64,000 nt of DNA from Candidatus Thorarchaeota archaeon. GTDB taxonomy: Archaea > Asgardarchaeota > Thorarchaeia > Thorarchaeales > Thorarchaeaceae. The DNA lies in the NCBI GenBank assembly GCA_048882045.1, contig JBHLRZ010000008.1, positions 48,906-112,905 of the forward strand, read 5' to 3'. Below the pieces are notes generated by a model. The model saw only the letters and a program-made list of their open reading frames with translations. It did not search any database and was not told the DNA's origin. Position numbers and translations under genes: made by a program. Shown here piece by piece: positions 20,430-29,623 of this stretch (the first letter of the stretch is position 1; each line of letters begins with the position of its first letter).

Positions 20430-20581
20430 TGATGATTCACTCCTGACCAGAGAGTCTAAGATACTTGGTCACTGCTACATTTTCATTTTAGGGTTTCTAC
20501 TTTAGACCCTTAAAGGCGTGTATCATAACTCACAACTTACTTATGTCGGCTTGACTCGCGCTTCTCTGTATAGTGGGTTGG

Positions 20582-22183
20582 ATGCTAATGACGAAAGACA
20601 CATTCACATTCCAAGAACTAAAGAAGACGAACCACCGAGAAATCAAGGAAATCCAAGACAAAAAGTTTCGAGCCTTCATACGCTATCAGGTATGGCCAAA
20701 TCATCCCTATTATCGTCAGCTCTTCAAGGACAACAACATTGATCCATTCAACATATCCTGTATTGAAGACTGGGCAAAATACAACATTCCTCTTGTAAAG
20801 AAGATAGACTACAGGGATAACATTCAGAAATTCGTCCTCAATCCGACCGAAGTAGATGGGAAGCAACGTGAATCTTCTGAAGCTATTGGGAACCTCATGA
20901 AGTATGCGAAAGAATCAGGTCACAATGAACTGGCTACATTCATTCGAAACAACGGGGCAAAGGTCAAGATTGGAATTGGAAGGGCTGCGGCAACTGCTCG
21001 AATAAAGGAACGAGCTACCTACCAGTTCTCACCCCTACAATTCTGGCTCAGTTCCGGAAGGGCATCCGGACTGCCGTCCCCGGTCTTCTTAACCCGGTAT
21101 GACAACGACCTGCTATACAAGAACTGTGTGAAAGTTGGTCAAATGGCGATTGATCCCTTTGTCGATAGTGGATGGGAATTAACAAGTATGAATCTTTTTC
21201 CATATGCACCGCATCTTGGATGGCATGCAGTCAACCTAGGTCTCAAACAAATGTCAAAGTTTTATGTTGCCACAAGTGCTGGTGGGGCGATTCCTAGCGA
21301 AAGATTAGTCGACCTTGCTGGTCTATTCAATGTGAATGGCTTTGCTGGGATGCCAAGCTACCTGCGAAACAGATTCTTCAGATCAATGAAAGAGGCGACA
21401 GATTACAAAGCACCCGAACAGTGTGTCATGGTCCTTGCTGGAGAGAAAATCTATGAGCCCGCAGTTGATGATATGATTAACACACTGACAGAAAAAGGAG
21501 CAAAGGAGGTCAGAGTTGTTGGAGGATATGCGTCCTCAGAGAGTAAGATATCATTCGCAGTACAATGTGAAAGACATGGTCCCTATCATAATGTATCTCC
21601 TCTGATGCTTGCCTTTGAACTTGTAAAGCTGAACGACGATGGGACATACGACTTCGTAGGAGAAGATGAGTCTGGTCACATGTGTCTGTTTCATCTTGAT
21701 AGCACAGGTACTGTGTTTGAGGGATTCCTTCTAGGCGATGTTGCATCCCACCAAGAAAGGGGCAAGTGTCCTCTGTGTGAGTTCGATGGACCTTTCTTCT
21801 GGGACATCGGTAGAACAAATGACGCTCAAGCTCAGATCGATATAATGGGTCTCAGTGAGAAGAAAATCAAGGGTGCAACAGTAAATCTGACGGCCCTTCG
21901 TGAGCTATTACTCTCAATAAATGAAATTGAAGAAGTGCAGATCGAGGTGGCAAAAGAGGACATGTCTGACCCCTATTCGATGGATGTCCTAAACCTCTAT
22001 GTTGCACCGCGAGGTCCTTTGTCAGGTAATCACAACTCTCTGATTCTCGATATTCAAAAGACAACCAAGACAAACACAGAGATTACTCCTGGTGTCACAA
22101 TCATCGGCTTTGAAGAGCTTGTTGAACGAGCTGGTGGAATGAAATTCATGGAAATCATTGACAGCCGACCAAAACCTGCGTAA
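20582..22183 (+). CDS. Phenylacetate-CoA ligase (PaaK)-like adenylate-forming enzyme
   Basis: HPYYRQLF, IPLVKK, degenerate P-loop SSGRASGLP, GMPSYL, AGEK, GYASSE, GR...KIKGATV. Confidence 0.75.
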   Translation: MLMTKDTFTFQELKKTNHREIKEIQDKKFRAFIRYQVWPNHPYYRQLFKDNNIDPFNISCIEDWAKYNIPLVKKIDYRDNIQKFVLNPTEVDGKQRESSEAIGNLMKYAKESGHNELATFIRNNGAKVKIGIGRAAATARIKERATYQFSPLQFWLSSGRASGLPSPVFLTRYDNDLLYKNCVKVGQMAIDPFVDSGWELTSMNLFPYAPHLGWHAVNLGLKQMSKFYVATSAGGAIPSERLVDLAGLFNVNGFAGMPSYLRNRFFRSMKEATDYKAPEQCVMVLAGEKIYEPAVDDMINTLTEKGAKEVRVVGGYASSESKISFAVQCERHGPYHNVSPLMLAFELVKLNDDGTYDFVGEDESGHMCLFHLDSTGTVFEGFLLGDVASHQERGKCPLCEFDGPFFWDIGRTNDAQAQIDIMGLSEKKIKGATVNLTALRELLLSINEIEEVQIEVAKEDMSDPYSMDVLNLYVAPRGPLSGNHNSLILDIQKTTKTNTEITPGVTIIGFEELVERAGGMKFMEIIDSRPKPA

Positions 22184-22258
22184 TGGTACTGGTCACCAAT
22201 TTCGTCGTCCTGCGGAGCAATTATATCTAACCAGAGGTTTTCCCATACATAGGAGGAT

Positions 22259-23221
22259 GTGCTGTTGGCTTTTGAAGACGGACTAGATATTGATCCTTCG
22301 CAACCACAAGAACAAGATTTTGTTCTCAATGCGACTGGACTCGTGTCGAAAACCTTTGGTCTTTGGACACGTAAGTTCGTGCAATATATTGTCCTCGTTG
22401 GTTTGGTATCTGTTGTCACTGTATTCTTGTCATTCATAATTGTGCTCACTTTGTTTAGCACAATCGGAGTACTACCAAGTGATCCATTCAACTATCTATT
22501 CAGTATCTTTGCTCTTTCAACACCTCCTGATTTCACCTACTTTGCCTTAGCCATTGTTTTCGGAACAATTGTATTCATAATCAATGCGATCTTGAGCGGA
22601 GCTGCAATCAGATTTGCTCTTGACGATTATAGTGGACAGACTGCAGAAATTGGGGCTAGCTTCTCACATTCATTCGGAAAGATTGGAAGGATTCTAGCAG
22701 TTCAAGTGATTATGACACTCATTGTATCTGTTGTTATGGGTCCAAGTGCGGCCTTAATGATGCGAGCTTTGGAAGGCATTGATATTACTAATCCTGCCTT
22801 TCCAATCATTGACCCTGAGGCTATACAGTACATGATGATGGGATTCGGATTGTTTATTGGCGGAGGTATAGTAGTTCTATTCATAATAGTCCGATTCGCT
22901 CCTGCCCTTGCCATCGTTATGGACACAGATCTGTCTGCAATAGATTCACTGAAGAAAGCTTGGGAATTGACCAGTGGGAATTTCCTGCACGTTTTTGGTG
23001 CTCAAATTCTCTTGGGCATAGCAATCGGTTTACTGAGTGCTATTATTACAATCCCGACCTCATTCATCCTGTATCTTGATCCTCTGGGTAGTGTCTTGAA
23101 TGCGATATTCATCGGACTACTATTCAGTGCACCGAATCTGATTTACATTGCAGTTCTCTATAGAGATTTAATGGCCAGGGCAGGTCCTGTGGGGTCTGAC
23201 CTCCCAGAGTATGTATTATAG
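22259..23221 (+). CDS. Multi-pass membrane protein (glycerophosphodiesterase membrane-domain-like)
   Basis: About six TM segments; SAIDSLKKAWELTSGNFLHVFG and VLYRDL motifs. Confidence 0.7.
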   Translation: MLLAFEDGLDIDPSQPQEQDFVLNATGLVSKTFGLWTRKFVQYIVLVGLVSVVTVFLSFIIVLTLFSTIGVLPSDPFNYLFSIFALSTPPDFTYFALAIVFGTIVFIINAILSGAAIRFALDDYSGQTAEIGASFSHSFGKIGRILAVQVIMTLIVSVVMGPSAALMMRALEGIDITNPAFPIIDPEAIQYMMMGFGLFIGGGIVVLFIIVRFAPALAIVMDTDLSAIDSLKKAWELTSGNFLHVFGAQILLGIAIGLLSAIITIPTSFILYLDPLGSVLNAIFIGLLFSAPNLIYIAVLYRDLMARAGPVGSDLPEYVL

Positions 23222-23235
23222 GAAGAGATGACGTT

Positions 23236-23253
23236 TGGGGGATTAGCCCCCCA
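23236..23253. terminator. Short GC hairpin between convergent genes
   Basis: TGGGGG-attagc-CCCCCA between the stops at 23221 and 23260. Confidence 0.4.
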
Positions 23254-23259
23254 CATCAT

Positions 23260-24591
23260 TTACTTGAGTTTGTGTTTCTTGACGAACTCAGTCAAGACAT
23301 CGTCCAGATTTGGTCTGCCTATTTCCTGCAGGTCATACTTGACTCTGACATTGGGTTTCTCAATCTTGATTACACGGTTGAGATCGATAGGTGTACCAAT
23401 CACAATTGCTTCAGCATCTGACTTGTTAATTGTCTGTTGAAGCTCGTCCATTTGCTTCTTGCCATAGCCCATAGCTGGTAGGACATCTTCCAGATGACTA
23501 TACTTCTCAAAAGTATCCTTTATGCTTCCAACTGCGAAAGGTCGTGGATCAACAATGAAAGCCCCCGCTTTTCTCGCGGCAATGTAGCCAGCACCGTAGG
23601 GCATTTCGCCATGTGTTACGGTTGGTCCATCCTCAACAACAATGACACGCTTACCTCTGATCTTTTCCATGTTCTCAATTGTGAGAGGCGATGCTGCATC
23701 AACAATCATAGCTTTAGGATTAGTAAACATGATATTCTCCCTGACTTCTTCCACATCCTCATAGTCTGCAGTATCTATCTTGTTGATCACAACTACATCA
23801 GCCATCCTAAGGTTGGTCTCACCAGGATAGTACGATATCTCATGACCAGGTCTGAGTGGATCAGCAATGACAATCAGTAGGTCTGGCTTGTAGAATGGGA
23901 AGTCGTTGTTTCCACCATCCCATGTGATTACATCAGCTTCTTTTTCAGCCTGCTCGAGAATCTTCCCGTAGTCTACTCCTGCATAGAGAATGACGCCCAT
24001 GTTGATCATAGGCTCGTACTCTTCTCTCTCTTCAATCGTACAGCGATACTTGTCTAAGTCTTCCAGTTTTTCGTACCTTTGAGCAATCTGCGTAGTAAGG
24101 TCCGGATCATATGGCATGGGATGTCTGATGTTCACAGGTTTCAGTCCCATGTCAACAAGAATCTGATTGACTCGCCTCGATGTCTGACTTTTTCCGCAAC
24201 CAGTTCGGACTGCACAGACTGCAACAACGGGTTTGTTGCTCTTAATCATCGTGAGGCTTGGACCCATAAGTCGGATGTCTGGACCAAGACTATTGACCCA
24301 TGCAATCTTGTTACCGACCACCTCGTAAGGAAGGTCTGAGTATGCAAGGATACATTGTTCAACATCAAATTCTTTGATGAGATCGGGTAGCTTCTCTTCA
24401 GGGTAGATCTTTATTCCCTTGGGATAGAGTGGTCCCGAGAGTTCTGGTGGATACATCCTGTCGCCAATTCCAGGTATCTGCTCAGCTGTGAATGCAACAA
24501 CATCATAGTCATCGTTGTCGCGAAAATACGTGTTGAAGTTATGGAAGTCGCGACCAGCTGCTCCCATGATAATTACTTTCTTCTTACTCAT
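23260..24591 (-). CDS. COG2403 P-loop NTPase (annotated cyclic 2,3-DPG synthase-like; arginine synthetase ArcE-type)
   Basis: MGAAGRDFHNFN, VRTGCGKSQT, RHPMPY, CTIEEREEYE, WDGGNND, VEDGPTVTHGEMPYGAG. Confidence 0.85.
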   Translation of the reverse strand: MSKKKVIIMGAAGRDFHNFNTYFRDNDDYDVVAFTAEQIPGIGDRMYPPELSGPLYPKGIKIYPEEKLPDLIKEFDVEQCILAYSDLPYEVVGNKIAWVNSLGPDIRLMGPSLTMIKSNKPVVAVCAVRTGCGKSQTSRRVNQILVDMGLKPVNIRHPMPYDPDLTTQIAQRYEKLEDLDKYRCTIEEREEYEPMINMGVILYAGVDYGKILEQAEKEADVITWDGGNNDFPFYKPDLLIVIADPLRPGHEISYYPGETNLRMADVVVINKIDTADYEDVEEVRENIMFTNPKAMIVDAASPLTIENMEKIRGKRVIVVEDGPTVTHGEMPYGAGYIAARKAGAFIVDPRPFAVGSIKDTFEKYSHLEDVLPAMGYGKKQMDELQQTINKSDAEAIVIGTPIDLNRVIKIEKPNVRVKYDLQEIGRPNLDDVLTEFVKKHKLK

Positions 24592-24917
24592 CGATATCTC
24601 CACTCCAAAAACTAGGGCGGAATTCAGGCACTCGACCCTAGAGTCACGTTAAAAAATGTCTGGTCCAGTCAAATCACAAAACTTCCACTTCCCGTCTCCA
24701 AAAATTCGGAGACTATCCCAAATAATGCTTCCTTCTATTTTTCGAGGGTAATCCGGGGAATTTGCGAATAGTCTTACTAGAATGTCTTTAATGTAGTATG
24801 TGAGTAATACGTCTGATTCATCATTTGGCAACCGTATAATGGAGAAAATACCAACCCATAAATACGAGCTGCGATAAGTATGATGGAAACCGCCGGGTTT
24901 CATGGGGTGCAGGTTTA

Positions 24918-25460
24918 GTGAAGCTAGTCGATCTGGCTCGGGAGTCAGTTAAGGTTCTACAGGAGAGAGGGGAGGAAGGAATCCGAAGTGACATTCTAGC
25001 TGAAACCCTAGATACCCCGAAACGACGTGTATATGACATAATCGCAGTATTGAAAGCTCTTGGACAAGTCACTACAACGCGGAAATTCGATGGGACCATT
25101 GTAACCTGGGTCGATATGACTAAGGACTATGTACCTCGTCAAGCTCATGATGACCTGAAAGTCGTGATGGACCAGGAGAGTAGTGAACGTAAGAAACTCC
25201 AAGTGCAGGTTGCTGAGCTCAAAGAGCAGGTTCGTATTTCCAAGTCAAAACTACGACGAGAGACTCAAGCTGTAGAAACCTCAGACAAGACAGAGTTCAA
25301 TACGACTCAGATAAGAGTCCGAGCACTCTCAAGCAACGGAGTGAAGCGTGTTGAACATTCTGGAATAGAAGTCCTTATTGAAACTCACGAACCAGGAATG
25401 GTCGTTGATCCCGAAGAGAGAAAGGTCGATGAACAGGAAGCTATCATCAAAAACCTGTAA
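24918..25460 (+). CDS. E2F/DP-family winged-helix transcription factor with coiled coil
   Basis: LAETLDTPKRRVYDIIAVLKALGQV...IVTWV matches the E2F/DP RRxYD recognition helix; followed by a heptad coiled coil and a beta-rich C-terminus. Confidence 0.8.
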   Translation: MKLVDLARESVKVLQERGEEGIRSDILAETLDTPKRRVYDIIAVLKALGQVTTTRKFDGTIVTWVDMTKDYVPRQAHDDLKVVMDQESSERKKLQVQVAELKEQVRISKSKLRRETQAVETSDKTEFNTTQIRVRALSSNGVKRVEHSGIEVLIETHEPGMVVDPEERKVDEQEAIIKNL

Positions 25461-25469
25461 GCTCTTTTC

Positions 25470-25859
25470 TCAATTGCCTAGCCGTATTGTTACAAGACTT
25501 CCTCTTCTCACATTTGCCAGTTGATCTAGTTCGGAATCGTCAGAAGTTACCCTACCAAGTATGTTCACCTGACTGAAGGAATTTCCATCATTGAGGTAGA
25601 TATCAAGAGTGTCTCCTAAGGGTTGATACGCGATATCTGCCCGTTTGACTTCCTTAGTTGGTTTCGCATTCCCTTTTGATATACCCAGAGTAATCTTCAT
25701 CTCTCCACGCATCATAGCTGCACGACCTTCGAAGGGTAGTAAGGATTTGATTTCCTCAACAATAAGCGGCGCATAGATCCTGTTGATTACACCCTTGAGA
25801 ATGAGTCCTCCCTCGAAGACAAAGTCAAGGATTAGGTCAGTATCACTAAGGTCTACCAT
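25470..25859 (-). CDS. Cyclophilin-like fold protein
   Basis: APLIVEEIKSLLPFEG...ADIAYQPLGDTLDIY...VNILGRV. Confidence 0.75.
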   Translation of the reverse strand: MVDLSDTDLILDFVFEGGLILKGVINRIYAPLIVEEIKSLLPFEGRAAMMRGEMKITLGISKGNAKPTKEVKRADIAYQPLGDTLDIYLNDGNSFSQVNILGRVTSDDSELDQLANVRRGSLVTIRLGN

Positions 25860-25942
25860 AGTAAATCATCGCAATCCGCTCCTAAAATCTCCTGCGATAT
25901 GCCTAGCAGCAAAGCCTTAATTGGTCTAGAATCCAGCTTGAT

Positions 25943-27085
25943 TTGGAGAGGATTGGGCTGGCCTCCACCAAACTCGACATAGCATTTGTAGTAGACACAA
26001 CGGGTTCCATGAAGGACGATATTCAAGCAGTCAGGAATAGTCTCTTTGATATTGTCGAACATATCACTAAGAAGACTGAAGGTCTTGAGATTCGGTTCGG
26101 AGTCGTTTCATACCGCGACCATCCACCTCAAGATAGGTCCTACGTCACGAAAGTCTTCGACTTTTCAGAGAACATCAAGAGGGTGCACAAACTCATATCC
26201 TCTTTGAATCCATCTGAGGGTGGTGACACTCCTGAGGCTGTGGCAGATGGGCTCTTTGATGCTCGTACCAAACTCTCGTGGGAAACCGATGCATACAAGG
26301 TCTTACTCTTGGTAGGTGATGCTCCTCCTCATGGAAGAAAATACAACAGCATTGGTGATGATTATTTCCCTGAAGGCTGTCCGAAGGGGCATGACTCAAT
26401 CGAAGAAGTGCAGCAGTTCCGAAGGGATTATGGGAGTACAATGTTTATCTTCGTCTGTGGATGCAACCCTCTGGTAGAGGAGTCATTCAGAAACATTGCC
26501 TCCTCTGTTGAAGAAGGCAAGTACTACTCTTTGTTAGAAGCTCATGAGCTTCCTGAGGCTATCATAGGGATCCTTGAAGGAGTTAGTGACCTCATTGAGG
26601 CTGATAGGAGAGTCCTCTCCTATTACGAAGCCAATGATGGCGTCTTTGATATGGGTGAGGCTGCTTCAAATCTTTCACTTGAGCTGAGAGCGTTGAAAAC
26701 CAGTCTATCTCGATTACTCGAGCTAGGACGAATTTCTCGATGGCCAAAAGGAAAACCACTTTCAACCTCTTCCACCGACCTAGCAATTGAACTTGGAGCT
26801 GTACCAAACAATATCGTTGCAGGAAAAGCCTTCAATTATTCAATTCGAGTGAAGAATCCTGGTGCAACAACAGTTGGCATTAGGGTAATCGCTTCTCTTG
26901 TTACATCTGATGGTGTATCCGAGGTCACAAATGAACATCATGAGATAAGTTCGAAGTCCGACCGAATTCTCGAGCTGAACTTGATACCTATGACTGACAC
27001 GAAAGGAAAGGCTAGACTACGTGTCGAAGTCTTTTATGGGTCCCGATCTGTTGCTACGGAAATTTACGACACACGAATCTTTTGA
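25943..27085 (+). CDS. vWA domain protein + wHTH + C-terminal Ig-like domain
   Basis: MIDAS DTTGSM, YRDH, GGDTPEAV, GDAPPHG; HTH (MGEAASNLSL...LSRLLELGRI); beta sandwich (YSIRVKNPG...LRVEVFY). Confidence 0.85.
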   Translation: MERIGLASTKLDIAFVVDTTGSMKDDIQAVRNSLFDIVEHITKKTEGLEIRFGVVSYRDHPPQDRSYVTKVFDFSENIKRVHKLISSLNPSEGGDTPEAVADGLFDARTKLSWETDAYKVLLLVGDAPPHGRKYNSIGDDYFPEGCPKGHDSIEEVQQFRRDYGSTMFIFVCGCNPLVEESFRNIASSVEEGKYYSLLEAHELPEAIIGILEGVSDLIEADRRVLSYYEANDGVFDMGEAASNLSLELRALKTSLSRLLELGRISRWPKGKPLSTSSTDLAIELGAVPNNIVAGKAFNYSIRVKNPGATTVGIRVIASLVTSDGVSEVTNEHHEISSKSDRILELNLIPMTDTKGKARLRVEVFYGSRSVATEIYDTRIF

Positions 27086-27098
27086 TGGAGGATACCAG

Positions 27099-28223
27099 TT
27101 GAAACTGCATGTACGAAGAGGACGGAACCAACAAGGTCTGTCTTTTCTTTCATCAGACGTGTCTTCTGGTATTTTTGAAATGAAACTCGATGAGAGGCGA
27201 GTAATCCTTGATGTCCGGTCATCAGAGAAGGTACCTTCTGGTACAGTGATTATTGATTCTCGCATTTCTGATCTTTTCGGTATACCTGATGATAGTGAGG
27301 TTTTCCTTAATCCAGTGTCCAATAAACAACCATCCTGTACTGAGGTCCATCTGGGAGTAGTATCGACTCGAGGCTTAGATAACGAGAAAGTCGCCCGTGC
27401 AATGTCCAAAAGAATAGATGATTTTCGAGAGTACCTCGAGGGTCTGATTATCTTTGAAGGACAGTCTTTTACAATTGAGGATTTCGGAATCAACTTGTAT
27501 GTCTTCTCTTTGAATCCTAAAGATTCCTCAACAGGTTCTGCACAAATCACATGGGATCAGCTTCTGAAAATCCATCTTGCTCCTATGGATTCTCGTCCAT
27601 TCAACCTCTGCATACTCGTTGAAACTGCAGCTGCTTCTCAGATTGTTGATGTAGCAACCCATGATGGACAGATTTCTCGTCTTCAAGCCATACGGTATGC
27701 AATCTCAACATTGGAACAAAAACTGACTTTGCAAAAAGACATGTTGTTTTCTGGATTTGCATTCTCTGATGAAATAGTCATATTCAGAACATTTGATTCT
27801 CAGACCGGTGAAGAAACAGGAGTGTCTACTTTTCATTCTCCTTCACTATTGAGATCATTTGGCGAGTGGATTACCGAATTCGCTTCAGGAAACGAAAAAT
27901 CTCCCTCTAATCCTGGAGAGGCTCTCAAACAGGGACTGGCCATAGCCTCCTCTCATACAGAAATAAATGGACTACAAACTGCCATTTTGTTTTTCTCCAG
28001 CGGGGTGTATTCAGCAGGCCAAAATCCTGTTAAGATTGCACGAACAGTGGGTAATTCTGAAAAGCTGGTATTATTCGCAATTTCTATGGGATCTGGCTCA
28101 GTCACTGACCTCATGGAAGCAGTTGCAGAAGAGGGAGGTGGTGCATTTATCCACATTGACAGAGATGAGAAGACTGAAACTATTGTTGAAACTATTGAAA
28201 AGACACTCTTCAGTAAGAGGTGA
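27099..28223 (+). CDS. CDC48-N-like domain + degenerate vWA domain protein
   Basis: GTVIIDSRISDLFGIPDDSEVFL (double-psi barrel-like); LEGLIIFEGQ; vWA with ETAAAS in place of DxSxS and FSSG in place of TDG; TTG start after GGAGG. Confidence 0.7.
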   Translation: MKLHVRRGRNQQGLSFLSSDVSSGIFEMKLDERRVILDVRSSEKVPSGTVIIDSRISDLFGIPDDSEVFLNPVSNKQPSCTEVHLGVVSTRGLDNEKVARAMSKRIDDFREYLEGLIIFEGQSFTIEDFGINLYVFSLNPKDSSTGSAQITWDQLLKIHLAPMDSRPFNLCILVETAAASQIVDVATHDGQISRLQAIRYAISTLEQKLTLQKDMLFSGFAFSDEIVIFRTFDSQTGEETGVSTFHSPSLLRSFGEWITEFASGNEKSPSNPGEALKQGLAIASSHTEINGLQTAILFFSSGVYSAGQNPVKIARTVGNSEKLVLFAISMGSGSVTDLMEAVAEEGGGAFIHIDRDEKTETIVETIEKTLFSKR

Positions 28224-28228
28224 AAGCA

Positions 28229-29359
28229 ATGAGCAGTGATATCATAACTCGACTTCAAGCACTTTACCATAGTGGAGACATCACGGGTTATATCCATTCA
28301 AACCTCCCCGTAGACTTATTGAAAACTGGATGGATCGAAAAGGGGCTGCTTTCAAAGGGGATGAGAGGTCAACTTCGTGACAAACACAATCAAGAATCTC
28401 TTATCATTCCTGCTGATAGATTCACACGACTTACAAGAGATATGACTAATACTGGCTATGCAAGCATTGCTATCATCGGCTCAAAGGGTCTAAGAGAGGG
28501 CAAATTCGCCGCGATGGTCTATGAGAACAAAAATGTCCAATCCCTGATTGCATTTCGCATCCAACACAAAACGCCTCTTGAGATAATCCAACTCTTCCTA
28601 CAAGTGCTAGGTGGAGAAATATCCAACCTTCGTGATGAACCAAACCTCGACTATGTGGAACAAATCAGAATCGACACAGGTGAAAGGATTGTCGAAGACG
28701 CTTTGGTCATTTCTCTCCCGAAGGAAATTATGAAAATTTCGGAGTGGATCAAAGCTACAATCCAAGAGAAGTCTTCTGAAAGTATTCTTCTTAGACACGG
28801 ATCTTCGAAGGAGCTAGTTGTGTTTTCAGCACTTCTTACCAGATGGGTGACTAGTCTGGAGCTTTTCCGTGAAACTCGGTCAGCTATAGCAGCATGTGTG
28901 TTCGTCAAAAAGAAGCAAATGGATGTCTGTTTCTGGGACTCGTCTCAAAAGATTGCTTCTTTTGCTAGTATTGGAAGTGCCAATATTGAAGAACTCGGAA
29001 GGAAGTATCTTATCCCCCTTTGGATGGTTCCTGGTGATAGTCTGAAACCACTCCCTAAAAAGAAAGAAGTAGTAGTAGAACCTCGACTAAGTAAGACGAC
29101 AAAATTGCAGAGAGAAGAAGAAACTACAGTTGATACAGGGATAAAGGTATTGAGTCGCCGTTTGGATCAATTATCTGGTCTAGAGTCTAAATTGGAATCC
29201 CTCGAAACAAGATTACAAACAAGTTCGAACACACAGTCTTTGGACAAGGGAAGCCTCGAAGCTCTGCAGAGCAGGCTATCAGAAAACATCGACAGAATAG
29301 AAATCCTTAGCAAACGCCTGATTGAGCTGGAGAGACGAATCAAAAAGATATCGGGGTGA
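28229..29359 (+). CDS. Hypothetical protein with C-terminal coiled coil
   Basis: Long ORF with GAGGTG SD; heptads LSRRLDQLSGLESKLESLETRL...IDRIEILSKRLIELERRI. Confidence 0.7.
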   Translation: MSSDIITRLQALYHSGDITGYIHSNLPVDLLKTGWIEKGLLSKGMRGQLRDKHNQESLIIPADRFTRLTRDMTNTGYASIAIIGSKGLREGKFAAMVYENKNVQSLIAFRIQHKTPLEIIQLFLQVLGGEISNLRDEPNLDYVEQIRIDTGERIVEDALVISLPKEIMKISEWIKATIQEKSSESILLRHGSSKELVVFSALLTRWVTSLELFRETRSAIAACVFVKKKQMDVCFWDSSQKIASFASIGSANIEELGRKYLIPLWMVPGDSLKPLPKKKEVVVEPRLSKTTKLQREEETTVDTGIKVLSRRLDQLSGLESKLESLETRLQTSSNTQSLDKGSLEALQSRLSENIDRIEILSKRLIELERRIKKISG

Positions 29360-29365
29360 TCCTGC

Positions 29366-29623
29366 ATGGCTGACGACTATTCAGAGATGATTAGAAAATT
29401 GGAAACTCAAGTTCGTGAACTAGAGATGATTCAGCAGCGAGCCTCATCTCTTGAAGCAATGATTGAGATGAGTTCGGATTCCCTAGACCTCCAAGACATT
29501 ATTTCCAGAATTAACAGAGTTCAAGATCTAGTTGACAACATCGAGATTGAAGTGGATAAACTAGAGATGGGTGTTTCATCTATCGAGCATGTTGGCTTTC
29601 GTCTCAGGACTGGAGGTCAGTAG
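29366..29623 (+). CDS. Small coiled-coil protein
   Basis: 85 aa, almost continuous heptad pattern; GGGGTGA SD. Confidence 0.65.
   Translation: MADDYSEMIRKLETQVRELEMIQQRASSLEAMIEMSSDSLDLQDIISRINRVQDLVDNIEIEVDKLEMGVSSIEHVGFRLRTGGQ

Noticed and set aside
24604-24856. Partial E2F-like words (GGGCGGAAT, TTCCCGTC) upstream of the E2F-like gene
   Set aside because: None matches TTTSSCGC fully; expected by chance.
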